From assembly GCF_900539325.1 (NCBI RefSeq), contig NZ_UQCC01000003.1: DNA of 64,000 bases; one strand, given 5' to 3'. Positions within the stretch are counted from its first letter, which is position 1, and every line of letters starts with the position of its first letter. A program made the translations under genes and the position numbers. This stretch comes from an uncultured Eubacterium sp. (lineage in GTDB: Bacteria; Bacillota; Clostridia; Oscillospirales; Acutalibacteraceae). Under the pieces are notes generated by a model. That model was not told the origin of the DNA, made no database searches, and saw only the letters and a list, made by a program, of their open reading frames with translations. This document shows positions 1 through 10,041 of this stretch, piece by piece.

Positions 1-3000
1 CGCCGTCCTTTTGACCGCGAGTAAATACTACTTCATCATTGTATCTAAGCTGTTCAACCTTAAATTTGTAGTCATAACCGTATGATGTATCACACACATA
101 TACCGTATATGCTGTTTCATTTGAGAAGTCATATACAAGTGTGATATAGGTGTTGTCAGTGATTGTAACTGTTTCGCCGGCTTTCATTGTCTTGCCGTTT
201 ACCTCGAATGAATTAAAGGTATAATACGGAAGTTTTGGTGCTTTCGAAGCATCAAGAGTAACAACTGTGCCCGAAGCAACATAATCTGTTGCAACGATAG
301 ACGAGTTAACACCGTTTACATATGAAATCTTGCATTGATTTGAAGATGATGAAGCACTCTTTGTTGTGAGAGTTGTTTCACCTCTTACAATAAATGTAAG
401 TTCATCTGTTGTTGTATAAAGTTTCTTTGCTACAGTTGCAGACGGTGATTTCATTTCATAATACCAGTCTACAACAGGCTTATCAGTAAGTGAAACTGTA
501 ACCTCTGTACCGTAAGCATATGTGCCCTTTGTGTATGACTGATTTTCGTCACCGTTTGGAACAATCTTTACGGTATAAGTCTTAAGTTGAAGACCCTCAA
601 GAGCATTCTTGACTGCATTGTCGCAATCTGTTTGATCTGCGAAAACTTTTGTTGTAATGTTTACGCCTCTGACATTTACAACCTCTGTTTCCTTAAGTGC
701 ATCAAGAGCAGCTTTTCTTGCATCTTGGTCGTAAGCGTCAGGGTCGGTTCTGCTTTCGTTGTCTTTCTTGCATCCTTCAAGAGCGGTGGTGTCAGCAGTA
801 CTTTCTTTAAGAAGTGACTTAAAGCCTTCAATTGCAGTCTTTTCAGCATTTACAGCATTTACAACCTCAGTTTCGTCTGTATAGTGCTTTGCTTGCTCTA
901 CGGTTGACATATTAAGATATGTCAATGCGTTAAGCTTATCTCTCAATTCTTCAACCGAAGCCTTTGAATACTTGTTTTGTGCAATTGAATTTACAAGTGT
1001 TTCAGCTGCATTCTTAAGAGGAGTAAAGTTGATTTGATAAACAAGAGCATTAAACGCTTCTGTAAGTGCTGTTGCGTATGCGTCAACCTTTGACTGTTCT
1101 GATGCAGCAACATCGGTGATGTTGAGGTCGCTGAAATCACCTTGATACTGAGCAAGTGCATCTCTATATGCTTTGTCGAACGCAGTCCAGCTTGATGCCT
1201 TTACTTTTGCTTGGTCATTTTCATATGCGTTCTTTGTAGCTGCAAGTGCTTCCTTAAGCTTGGTGTTGTTAGCAGCCTTCTTAAGGTTCTTTCTTGCATT
1301 CCAAAGTGTTGTATATCTATTGTCACATTTCCTTAAAATATCACTATACGACATCTCGTTATAGTTGAAATTTTCATTTGCCGCTCTTGTAGCATCAATG
1401 AGAGTTTTCCAAGAAGATGTTGTATATTGATTTGATGTTGCAAGGAAGTCTTTAGCTGTACATTGTGCAATAAGGTCAAACAAAGGAACAACATTTACAA
1501 AGCTGATGTTAAAGTTGTACTTTGCTCTTTCAAAGCCATAGCCTGCCCATGTAACAACATTTGTAGGAGCGTACTTCCAAAAGTATACAACGCCGAAATA
1601 TGCATTTGTACTTGCAAGGTCAAGTCGTTTTGACATTGATGACGGAGTTGTTTTTTCGGAAAGTATATATGCGTCCGGGTCAACTGTAAGCTTTGTCTTT
1701 GTATCAAATTCTGTCCAGCCGTTCTTTGCATAAATACCGCCGTACGGTTGACTTGCATGATTGTCTGTTACGCCGAGTTCTGTTACAAAGTTGTGAGACG
1801 GATCGGTAATATAATTACCTTGCGAGTCAATGCCGAGTGCCTTACCTGTTGACTTAGTTACGGTAATATTATCAATTTCCATTTTTATACCGGCACTAAG
1901 ATTAAGCTGTGCTTTATAATCATCAATTTTATCGGCGCCGATAGCATTGTTTTTAGGCCAGCCCGTACCGGCTGTTGATGTTGAGCTTAACTCACCTGAC
2001 TGCACCTTACTTGCATCAAGGATGAGGGCGTCAACGCAAGATTCAAAGTCTGTACCTTTTTGCTTATTATACGAACCCCATCTTGATGTAGGAAGATAAT
2101 ACTCAAACTTTTCAGGCTTTGTCTTGAACAAAATAGAATTTGTTGTGTATTCCCAATAGAACTTATATTGGTCGCCTCTTGCAGATGACTGGAATTCGGT
2201 CTTGTAATTTGAGCCCTTATTTGCCGGCTGACCGTTTGGAATAAGTCTGAAAGCTGCGGCAAGGTTTGTAAATCCGTCTACTACATTATTAACAACGGTT
2301 GTATAGTTTGTAATTGCGTTTTCAACAATATCTGCAACTCTACCGTCGAATGTAACGATGCTGTCCTTATAAGTGTTTGCAGAGTTTACTGCGTCTTGGA
2401 GAACAACATAGTTGCCGTACTTTTCGTTTGCATCGGAAGTGTTATAGGTTTCTGCCTTTGCCAATGCTGTTGTCAACGAATAGCCCGATGTTGTTTCATG
2501 GTCAAAATTGATTTCTGCCTTTACAATTTCCGCACAAAGCTGCTCAACATAATTGTCTACCTTTGCTTGGTTTGCGTCGTTCAAATCAATTTTTTCTGTA
2601 TCAAAGCCGTAGTTTTCTTCAGAAACCCAGATTTCCGTCTTAATCTCTTTAACAAGAGCCTCGAGTGCTGCGGCATCTACTGTACCTGTCTTAAAGTATG
2701 TTGCATTGTGGATAAGAGCATCTGCATTGTTGATTGCTATTTCGAGAGTTTCTGTATTAACAACCTTACGAAGCATACCGGTTTTAAGGTTTTCCTTAGC
2801 AAGGTTAAGAGGTTCAATATACTGCTCTGCATCTGCCATTACCAAATCATTGGTGTAGAGATTGTAGAAGTAATTGATAGCATTCTTATATGCTGTATCA
2901 AAAGGATCCCAAACTTCTTTGGTATACTTTTCGTAATTATCATTGCCTGCGGTGTAAATCTTCTTTGCACTTGAGATTGCTGACTTTAACTGTGCATAAG

Positions 3001-4975
3001 AAACTGCACCTGTATCTGCCACAGGAGTTGCGGATTTCAAAATGCCGTTCATGCAATTCATGATAGTTTTACCGGATTGAGAAATCGTGCTGATTGTGAT
3101 AGCATCGATATTTGCATATGTTGCATATTCTGTTGCTGTATCAAATGCAGTAATAAGAGTTTCCAAGCCGTTTTGTCTGTAATTGGAAACATCTGCAAGG
3201 TAAGCAAGCTTTGTGCTGTCTTTAATAGCATCTACAAGACCCTTATAGTTAACAACAGTAATTCTCTTCTGTGAGTGAGCTGTTGTTTGTTTAGAATAAT
3301 TGTAGCCGTACATACTTTGGTCTACTGCAGAATTATAAGTGTCTGAGCTACCACCGTACCAAGCCCAATACTTACCGACTTCGGCATAACCTGTGTTTGC
3401 ACCGTTAAACTTGATTTGATCATTGTGAACTTGGAATGCAGCAGCATATGCGTTCCACCATCCTCCAAGTGAATATCCAAGATTAGCCGATACTGTTGAA
3501 TACTCATTTGAAACTTCGGTACCTACATAATTTGTACCGTTATTACGGCAAGCATTAAAGTCAAGGTGATTCAATCCTTTACCTGAACCGTCGCCGCCCT
3601 TCCATGTATCAGCCTGCTTGGTTGTAAATGTTGAACGACCTTTGAAGGAAGGGTCATTACCCGGCTTAGTTTTTGCATATGTTTTATTTGTAATATCATT
3701 TACATTAAGCTGCTGTGCAGGATATACTTGATAAACATATCTGTTCTTGTTTACATCTTTTTTTGCCATAAACATAATCGGCATAATTGCACTTGATGTA
3801 CCGTCATAAAGAAGAACAGTGTTTGGATAGTAAACCTGAACATAAGTATCTCCGGCTTTATCAAACTCAATAGCCATACCCGAAGAATCGCCGCCGTTTT
3901 TATTATAATTCTTACCAACACAATCCTCGGTATAAATAATGTTATTATAATAAGTATATTCAGTTGTATTATTAACAGTAAGCTGACCCTTATCATTTGT
4001 AAATGTCGGTTGCTTTGACTTATACTGACCTGTTACCTCGTCTACCCAAGGCTCCATAGAAGCCGACTTTGAAGCAAGGTCCTCTGAAGCGGTATTAAGT
4101 TCTGCCTCTGTAGGAGCATCGTGGCCGCCGTAAGCGAATGCGTCACGATAGCGAACAGCCTTTAAGTATGCCTGATAAGCAGGAAGCATATTTTTGTAAA
4201 CAAGGCCGTCTGTACCAACCTTAGCCATCTTCTGCTCATAAGCTGAAATCTGTGCATCGATACCTGCTACGCCCGGAATAACTTCAACCTCTTCGCTGTA
4301 TGTAGCCGTAATGCTCGGCGTGCTTGCCGTAACATAAATATCGGACCAAGGTTTTCCGTCAGGAGAAGCCGCAGAGCACATAACCATAATTGTTACATAC
4401 TTAAGTTTTTGTGAAACTGCAAAGTTTACAGCATCCTTAACATCTACCGTTACTGTACCGCCGTTAGTGATTTCACTTCTTGCAATGTCCCTAATCTTTG
4501 TAAGACCGTAATAACTTGTTGCATTTGCAATGTGATTGGAGCCTGAGAAAACACTACCCGGTCCATTGGTGCTTGCACCTGTGTAGTTATCCGCAGCATT
4601 GTTTGTTGAATAGTAAACACTGAGCGAAAGGCCTGTATCAGTTTCGCCTGCGAAAGCAGAAGATTGAAAATTGATGTCAAACGGTGCACTGGTAAATTCA
4701 CCGGTTGCCTTTGAAAAATCGGATGTGTCGTACTGCCAATAACCGATTGAGAAAGAGTCGTCTGTGCTGTCGTTAACGATTTCGTAATAAGAGTCATGCC
4801 AACGACCTTTGTCAGTGCAAACCAAACCCGTTCTCACGTTTTTAGCAGTAACCGTTTTGTTTACTACAACGTTGTCGGTTGTCGAGTCAGCCAATGCTGT
4901 AAGCGGCAATGAGGTAGCAATCATAAGCACTGCCATCAAACAAGCAATTGACCTTTTGAATAGTCTTTTAACCAT
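1..4975 (-). CDS. Very large secreted protein (>1650 aa, partial). Start ATG at 4975; C-terminus lies beyond the left window edge. N-terminus MVKRLFKRSIACLMAVLMIATSLPLTALA is a signal peptide.
   Basis: RBS AGGGAGG sits 8 nt upstream of the ATG at 4975. The track shows no frame-0 stop (no listed ORF in that frame) down to position 1; all listed small ORFs in this span are in another frame. The N-terminus is hydrophobic with an AxA-like cleavage site. The sequence is Thr/Asn/Tyr-rich with repetitive beta-rich segments, and I recognise no catalytic motif. Confidence 0.7.
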   Translation of the reverse strand, partial: MVKRLFKRSIACLMAVLMIATSLPLTALADSTTDNVVVNKTVTAKNVRTGLVCTDKGRWHDSYYEIVNDSTDDSFSIGYWQYDTSDFSKATGEFTSAPFDINFQSSAFAGETDTGLSLSVYYSTNNAADNYTGASTNGPGSVFSGSNHIANATSYYGLTKIRDIARSEITNGGTVTVDVKDAVNFAVSQKLKYVTIMVMCSAASPDGKPWSDIYVTASTPSITATYSEEVEVIPGVAGIDAQISAYEQKMAKVGTDGLVYKNMLPAYQAYLKAVRYRDAFAYGGHDAPTEAELNTASEDLASKSASMEPWVDEVTGQYKSKQPTFTNDKGQLTVNNTTEYTYYNNIIYTEDCVGKNYNKNGGDSSGMAIEFDKAGDTYVQVYYPNTVLLYDGTSSAIMPIMFMAKKDVNKNRYVYQVYPAQQLNVNDITNKTYAKTKPGNDPSFKGRSTFTTKQADTWKGGDGSGKGLNHLDFNACRNNGTNYVGTEVSNEYSTVSANLGYSLGGWWNAYAAAFQVHNDQIKFNGANTGYAEVGKYWAWYGGSSDTYNSAVDQSMYGYNYSKQTTAHSQKRITVVNYKGLVDAIKDSTKLAYLADVSNYRQNGLETLITAFDTATEYATYANIDAITISTISQSGKTIMNCMNGILKSATPVADTGAVSYAQLKSAISSAKKIYTAGNDNYEKYTKEVWDPFDTAYKNAINYFYNLYTNDLVMADAEQYIEPLNLAKENLKTGMLRKVVNTETLEIAINNADALIHNATYFKTGTVDAAALEALVKEIKTEIWVSEENYGFDTEKIDLNDANQAKVDNYVEQLCAEIVKAEINFDHETTSGYSLTTALAKAETYNTSDANEKYGNYVVLQDAVNSANTYKDSIVTFDGRVADIVENAITNYTTVVNNVVDGFTNLAAAFRLIPNGQPANKGSNYKTEFQSSARGDQYKFYWEYTTNSILFKTKPEKFEYYLPTSRWGSYNKQKGTDFESCVDALILDASKVQSGELSSTSTAGTGWPKNNAIGADKIDDYKAQLNLSAGIKMEIDNITVTKSTGKALGIDSQGNYITDPSHNFVTELGVTDNHASQPYGGIYAKNGWTEFDTKTKLTVDPDAYILSEKTTPSSMSKRLDLASTNAYFGVVYFWKYAPTNVVTWAGYGFERAKYNFNISFVNVVPLFDLIAQCTAKDFLATSNQYTTSSWKTLIDATRAANENFNYNEMSYSDILRKCDNRYTTLWNARKNLKKAANNTKLKEALAATKNAYENDQAKVKASSWTAFDKAYRDALAQYQGDFSDLNITDVAASEQSKVDAYATALTEAFNALVYQINFTPLKNAAETLVNSIAQNKYSKASVEELRDKLNALTYLNMSTVEQAKHYTDETEVVNAVNAEKTAIEGFKSLLKESTADTTALEGCKKDNESRTDPDAYDQDARKAALDALKETEVVNVRGVNITTKVFADQTDCDNAVKNALEGLQLKTYTVKIVPNGDENQSYTKGTYAYGTEVTVSLTDKPVVDWYYEMKSPSATVAKKLYTTTDELTFIVRGETTLTTKSASSSSNQCKISYVNGVNSSIVATDYVASGTVVTLDASKAPKLPYYTFNSFEVNGKTMKAGETVTITDNTYITLVYDFSNETAYTVYVCDTSYGYDYKFKVEQLRYNDEVVFTRGQKDG

Positions 4976-5456
4976 TTAAAAAACCTCCCTTAGATTTAAC
5001 GGATTATGTAGATAGGTACAGTTTATACATAATACCATTATTTAATTCTCTTAAATAATAGCATATATTATATAAAATATCAAGAGAAAAATTAACTTTT
5101 TTAACAATTTGTAAATTTTTTAGCAAATGCCCTATTTATGCGGTTTTCGGCGTGTATTCTTGAAAAATTTTGAAAATTTTTCTGAAAATTTTTCTGTGAT
5201 TTGTTATTTTTGTCAATTCATTATATGCAAACACGCAACAAAAATGTTATTGATTTTTATATATTATATACATTTATATTGGAGTGTGTTGCAGAATATT
5301 GCAATATAACCGTGTTCGACGACGGGAGGATGGTATCCTCACCTACGATATTCATTATTTTGTATATTTATGCGTGATTTGTTGTAAATGTATACATGTA
5401 ACGGCAGATTTTTGCAATTTTATTTGTATTTTTATGCAGAAATTTGCAAAAAGGGG

Positions 5457-5484
5457 TTGCAATATAAATACGAAGTGATATAAT
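5457..5484 (+). promoter_or_regulatory. Putative sigma-A promoter for argG: TTGCAA-N16-TATAAT.
   Basis: TTGCAA at 5457-5462 and TATAAT at 5479-5484. The roughly 50-nt leader contains a small hairpin (gccgcaaaggcggc) just before the RBS AAAGGAG. Confidence 0.5.
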
Positions 5485-5537
5485 AGTGACAGTTAGAAAA
5501 AACGGAGCCGCAAAGGCGGCATAAAGGAGTTTATATT

Positions 5538-6770
5538 ATGGACAAGAAAGACATCAAAAAAGTTGTTCTCGCATACAGCGGCGGACTTGATACATCAATC
5601 ATCATTCCTTGGCTCAAGGAAAACTACAACAACTGCGAAGTTATCGCAGTAAGCGGTGATGTAGGACAGGGCACGGAGCTTGACGGACTTGAAGAAAAGG
5701 CACTTGCAACAGGTGCATCAAAGCTTTACATCCTCGACCTCAAAAAGGAATATGTTGAAGATTACATTTGGCCTTGCCTCAAAGCAGGTGCAGAATACGA
5801 AAACTATCTTCTCGGCACATCGCACGCTCGTCCTTGCATTGCAAAGGCACTTGCAGAAGTAGCCAAGAAAGAGGGGGCAGACGCTATCTGCCACGGTTGC
5901 ACAGGCAAGGGCAACGACCAAGTTCGTTTTGAACTTACACTCAAGGCATTTGCACCTGAGATGGAAATCATTGCACCATGGCGTGAGTGGGACATCGTAT
6001 CCCGTGAGCAGGAAATCGAATATGCAGAGGCACACAACATTCCGCTCAAGATAAACCGTGAAACAAACTATTCAAAGGACAAGAACGTATGGCACCTCAG
6101 CCACGAAGGACTTGACCTTGAGGACCCGGCAAACGAGCCGCAATACAACAAGAAAGGCTTCCTTGAACTCGGCGTATCGCCTGAGCAGGCACCTGACGAG
6201 CCTACATATCTTACACTTCACTTTGAAAAAGGTGTTCCGACAGCTATTGACGGCAAAGAAATGGGTGCACTTGAAATCGTTGAAAAGCTCAACGAAGTCG
6301 GCGGCAAGAACGGCATCGGTCTTCTTGACATTGTTGAAAACCGTCTTGTAGGTATGAAATCCCGTGGTGTATATGAAACTCCGGGCGGCGAAATCCTTTA
6401 CAAGGCTCACGAAATGCTTGAAACAATCACTCTTGACAAGGAAACACAGCACTACAAGAAGCTCATCGCTCAAAAGTTTGGTGAGCTTGTATACAACGGT
6501 CAATGGTTTACTCCTCTTCGTGAAGCGCTTTCGGCTTTTGTTGACGAAACACAAAAGACTGTTACCGGTGATGTAAAAGTTAAGCTTTACAAGGGCAATG
6601 TTATCAACGCAGGTATCACATCACCATACACACTTTACGATGAAAATGTTGCATCATTCGGTGATGACGGCGGTGCATACAATCAGGCAGACGCCGCAGG
6701 CTTTATCAACCTCTTTGGTCTTTCAATCAAAGTTAAGGCATTGCTTGACCAAAACAGGGACAACAAGTAA
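5538..6770 (+). CDS. argG: Argininosuccinate synthase.
   Basis: 410 aa. N-terminal [11 protein letters not shown]-loop motif and overall ArgG-like sequence. Strong RBS AAAGGAG. Confidence 0.95.
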   Translation: MDKKDIKKVVLAYSGGLDTSIIIPWLKENYNNCEVIAVSGDVGQGTELDGLEEKALATGASKLYILDLKKEYVEDYIWPCLKAGAEYENYLLGTSHARPCIAKALAEVAKKEGADAICHGCTGKGNDQVRFELTLKAFAPEMEIIAPWREWDIVSREQEIEYAEAHNIPLKINRETNYSKDKNVWHLSHEGLDLEDPANEPQYNKKGFLELGVSPEQAPDEPTYLTLHFEKGVPTAIDGKEMGALEIVEKLNEVGGKNGIGLLDIVENRLVGMKSRGVYETPGGEILYKAHEMLETITLDKETQHYKKLIAQKFGELVYNGQWFTPLREALSAFVDETQKTVTGDVKVKLYKGNVINAGITSPYTLYDENVASFGDDGGAYNQADAAGFINLFGLSIKVKALLDQNRDNK

Positions 6771-6813
6771 GACAATCCCTCTTTACACAAGGGAGTAATA
6801 ATATCAACTCTGT

Positions 6814-6842
6814 TTGACAATACAAATGTTATATATTATAAT
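6814..6842 (+). promoter_or_regulatory. Consensus sigma-A promoter (TTGACA-N17-TATAAT) in the argG-argH spacer, followed by a 10-bp hairpin at 6842-6870.
   Basis: Exact TTGACA at 6814-6819, a 17-nt spacer, and TATAAT at 6837-6842. The hairpin is ttagggcggt/accgtcctaa with one G-U pair, followed by a weak U tract. Confidence 0.5.
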
Positions 6843-6890
6843 TAGGGCGGTTAGTAAATGACCGTCCTAAACTTTTAATGAGGTACTTAT

Positions 6891-8264
6891 ATGGCACAAT
6901 TATGGAAGGGCAGGTTCAAGAAAGAGCTTGCCAAAGAAACCAACGACTTTAACTCATCCATCGGCTTTGACTGCCGTATGTTTGAGCAGGATATTAAAGG
7001 CTCGATTGCACACGCAACAATGCTTGGTGCAACGGGAATTATCGACAAGAGCGAAAGCGACAAAATCGTTGACGGCTTAAACGATATACTGAATGACATC
7101 AAAAGCGGCAAGCTTAGCATAGATATGGAAGCCGAGGACATCCACACATTTGTTGAGGGCGAACTCACGGCAAGGCTGGGACAAACGGGCAAGCGACTTC
7201 ACACCGCACGCTCAAGAAACGACCAGGTTGCACTTGACATTCGCCTTACTCTCCGTGACGAGATTGACGAAATCATTGCAAAACTCAAAGGTCTTGTAAC
7301 CGTTCTTTGCAACAAGGCGGAGGAGCACAGCAAAACGATTATGCCGGGCTACACACATCTTCAAAGAGCACAGCCAATCACATTCGGTCATCATTTGATG
7401 GCGTACTGTGCAATGATTTTGCGTGACATTGACCGCCTCGGCGATGTTAAAAAGAGAATGAACATCTGCCCGCTCGGTTCGGGTGCTCTTGCAGGCACAA
7501 CCTATCCGCTTGACAGAAATATGGTTGCGGATTTGCTCGGATTTGATGACATTACATACAATTCGCTTGACGGCGTATCGGACAGAGATTTTTGCATTGA
7601 ACTTGCAAGTGCACTTTCGCTTGTAATGGTGCACCTTTCACGCTTCAGCGAAGAAATCATTATGTGGTGCAGTTGGGAGTTTAAATTTGTTGAGCTTGAC
7701 GACGCATTTTCAACAGGCTCATCAATTATGCCGCAAAAGAAAAACCCTGATATTGCAGAACTTGTAAGAGGCAAGAGCGGACGGGTTTTCGGCGACCTCA
7801 CTACCCTGCTCACCGTTATGAAAGGCATTGCTCTTGCATACAACAAAGATATGCAGGAGGACAAAGAAGCTATATTTGACGCTGTTGACACGGTGAAAAT
7901 GTGCCTCAACGCATTTACTCCGATGATTGACACAATGACTGTGCTCAAGGACAATATGCGAAATGCAGCGGCAAAGGGATTCATCAACGCTACGGACTGT
8001 GCGGATTATCTTGTCGGCAAGGGTTTGCCGTTCAGAGATGCGTACAAGTGCACAGGCGAACTTGTTGCACTTTGCATAGACAAGGGGCTTACGCTTGAAA
8101 CGCTTCCGCTTGAAGAATATCAAAAGATTTGCGACCTCTTTGATGACGAGGTTTACACAGCGATTAATCTTGAAAAATGCGTAAAAGACAGAAAGGTTGC
8201 AGGCTCTCCGTGCCCTGAAAATGTTTTGGCACAGGTTAAAGCCGCAAGAGAAAAAATCAAATAA
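6891..8264 (+). CDS. argH: Argininosuccinate lyase.
   Basis: 457 aa. Fumarate-lyase signature GSSIMPQKKNPD and ArgH-like N-terminus. Confidence 0.95.
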   Translation: MAQLWKGRFKKELAKETNDFNSSIGFDCRMFEQDIKGSIAHATMLGATGIIDKSESDKIVDGLNDILNDIKSGKLSIDMEAEDIHTFVEGELTARLGQTGKRLHTARSRNDQVALDIRLTLRDEIDEIIAKLKGLVTVLCNKAEEHSKTIMPGYTHLQRAQPITFGHHLMAYCAMILRDIDRLGDVKKRMNICPLGSGALAGTTYPLDRNMVADLLGFDDITYNSLDGVSDRDFCIELASALSLVMVHLSRFSEEIIMWCSWEFKFVELDDAFSTGSSIMPQKKNPDIAELVRGKSGRVFGDLTTLLTVMKGIALAYNKDMQEDKEAIFDAVDTVKMCLNAFTPMIDTMTVLKDNMRNAAAKGFINATDCADYLVGKGLPFRDAYKCTGELVALCIDKGLTLETLPLEEYQKICDLFDDEVYTAINLEKCVKDRKVAGSPCPENVLAQVKAAREKIK

Positions 8265-8282
8265 CACATCGAGGTGTTAACT

Positions 8283-9128
8283 ATGATAACAATTACCGAC
8301 AAAACACAATTTGACGATGTTGGAGAAAACAAAATCATCCACGGCGACATAAACAACATTGAATTTGAACAAAGCAGTATTACCTTTAACGGTTCAAACA
8401 ACATAATCGTGATTGAGAACGGGGTTAAGATGAAAAACTGCATGCTGAAAATCAACGGTGAAAACACGCTGTTTTACCTGAGTGAAAGCAAGCATTGGTA
8501 CTATCTTGACATCACGGGCAACAACAATACTTCAATTTATTTTGGCAAGAACTGCTTTCTCAACGGCAGACTTGTTGCCGTTACTTCCGAAAGACAAAAC
8601 ATTTTCATCGGCAACGACGGATTGTTTTCTTACGGAATAACTTTGCGCACAGCCGACCCGCATTTGGTATTTGACTGCGAAACAAAACAACGCATAAACC
8701 ACAGTGCTTCGGTGCTTTTGGGTGACCATGTTTGGCTCGGTCAGGGTGCAATGCTCCTCAAAGGAACGCAAATCGGATCGGGTTCTATCATCGGAGCGGC
8801 GGCAGTGTGTGCCGGCAAAAAGGTGCCGTCCAACGCATCTTATGCGGGAAATCCTGCCAAGCTCATCAAACAGGGAGTGTTCTTCACCAACAAGTGCGTT
8901 CATCAATGGACAGAGGAAATGACTGCCGAGAACGAGATTGACAACAGCGACAAATGGATTTATTCGCACGACAAAAACACGGTGAGCCTTGCAAGTGTTG
9001 ACGAAGCAATTAAAAAGTGCAAGTCGGCAGAAGAAAAGCTTGAATACCTCCAAAACGGTCTTCCGAAAGGCAAAAACAGATTTTATATTGAACCTAAAAA
9101 AACTAAAAAAGGTTTATTTTCAAGATAA
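8283..9128 (+). CDS. Hexapeptide-repeat (left-handed beta-helix) acyl/acetyltransferase family protein with a roughly 90-aa C-terminal extension.
   Basis: Repeated [LIV]G-x4 hexapeptide pattern (VLLGDHVWLGQGAMLLKGTQIGSGSIIGAAAV). RBS GAGGTG before the ATG at 8283. The track ORF begins at an upstream GTG at 8274. Confidence 0.6.
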   Translation: MITITDKTQFDDVGENKIIHGDINNIEFEQSSITFNGSNNIIVIENGVKMKNCMLKINGENTLFYLSESKHWYYLDITGNNNTSIYFGKNCFLNGRLVAVTSERQNIFIGNDGLFSYGITLRTADPHLVFDCETKQRINHSASVLLGDHVWLGQGAMLLKGTQIGSGSIIGAAAVCAGKKVPSNASYAGNPAKLIKQGVFFTNKCVHQWTEEMTAENEIDNSDKWIYSHDKNTVSLASVDEAIKKCKSAEEKLEYLQNGLPKGKNRFYIEPKKTKKGLFSR

Positions 9129-9132
9129 AGCA

Positions 9133-9170
9133 AAAGAGTACGAAGCAAAGAAAGCCTCGTACTCTTTATT
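9133..9170. terminator. Bidirectional intrinsic terminator between the convergent acetyltransferase gene and the 5-gene operon.
   Basis: Hairpin aaagagtacga...tcgtactcttt flanked by T-runs. Confidence 0.6.
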
Positions 9171-9177
9171 TTCTGTG

Positions 9178-10041
9178 TTATAATTTTGCAAAAATTTTGG
9201 AATACCGTGTATTCTTACGCATTTGCTCACGGTTTATCATATGCTGTGCAAATACGAACAGGACCGTGCCGATGAGCCAAACAACTATTCCGGCAATAAT
9301 CCTAAAGAGCAAAATATTATTTGCCATATTGCCAAACGCACTGCTCCACACGGCAGGTGAAACCGTAACCGTCCCTACATGTGTAAGCCTCATCACAAGC
9401 GATGACAAAACCGTTGCAACACCGCCTGCCATAATTCCGCTTGAAAAGTACAGCACAAACTGTACCTTTTTATCATAAATATACGCTAAAAGAAAAGCTG
9501 CAAACGCCAAAATAACAATGCAAATTGAAAAAGAATGAATCGACCTTGTGTTTTGCTTTTGCATATCGTTTTGCAAAAATTCAAGGTTATGAATTCCGAC
9601 GGTATCCGAATAAATCTGCTGGGCTTCCGCAGAAACAATGTCAATGGTTTTATCAGATATTTTTATATCATTTGCTTCGATATATTCACCAATTGTTGAC
9701 TTAAAGTAATTATATCTGCTACCGTTTTTCAGCGTTGCATCGTTTTCATCAAACAAGAATTCTGCCGCTTGATTAAGGCTTTCTTTTGTATCAAATTTCA
9801 CCTTTACACTATCAAAAATATCAAACGGAAGATTGCTTTTCGTTGACAAGGTCTTATACTTTTCAGTCAGTTGCTTATCGCACTCGTCTGCCAAAGCCTG
9901 AGTTGAAAAGGATTTGATATAAAAATTCTTATTACCTATTGTTAAGTGATTTATGCCCGATATAACGGCAACAACAAGCACAACCGCAGTTATTGCCGAC
10001 AGCAAATAAGACAAAATTTTGCGTGAGGAAGCAAACATCAT
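9178..10041 (-). CDS. Uncharacterized polytopic membrane protein (operon gene E). Topology: N-terminal TM, roughly 140-aa extracytoplasmic domain, three C-terminal TMs.
   Basis: 287-aa ORF. Hydrophobic segments ILSYLLSAITAVVLVVAVISGI, ICIVILAFAAFLLAYIY, SGIMAGGVATVLSSLVM, IIAGIVVWLIGTVLFVFA. Paralogous to gene B (TIGN-x-FY-K and L-EK-KT..P blocks align). Its ATG overlaps the stop of gene D. Confidence 0.6.
   Translation of the reverse strand: MMFASSRKILSYLLSAITAVVLVVAVISGINHLTIGNKNFYIKSFSTQALADECDKQLTEKYKTLSTKSNLPFDIFDSVKVKFDTKESLNQAAEFLFDENDATLKNGSRYNYFKSTIGEYIEANDIKISDKTIDIVSAEAQQIYSDTVGIHNLEFLQNDMQKQNTRSIHSFSICIVILAFAAFLLAYIYDKKVQFVLYFSSGIMAGGVATVLSSLVMRLTHVGTVTVSPAVWSSAFGNMANNILLFRIIAGIVVWLIGTVLFVFAQHMINREQMRKNTRYSKIFAKL

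Noticed and set aside
587-4797. Numerous 60-190-aa ORFs (e.g. 2396-2974, 3077-3274, 4450-4797) inside the giant secreted-protein gene
   Set aside because: All are in alternative frames of one long uninterrupted minus-strand ORF. They are Cys/Ile-rich and lack RBSs.
5161-5200. Considered whether the short tandem repeats here (and at 12748-12787) are a CRISPR array
   Set aside because: There are only 2-3 copies of 11-19 bp with no spacers and no cas genes. They fit regulator-binding repeats instead.
5127-5478. Small ORFs (60-64 aa) in the argG upstream intergenic region
   Set aside because: The stretch is AT-rich promoter DNA with no RBS and odd composition. It is better explained as regulatory sequence (repeats and promoter).
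5680-8267. Overlapping ORFs within argG and argH on both strands (e.g. 6072-6554 minus, 7722-8267 minus)
   Set aside because: They are shadow ORFs of highly confident argG and argH coding regions.
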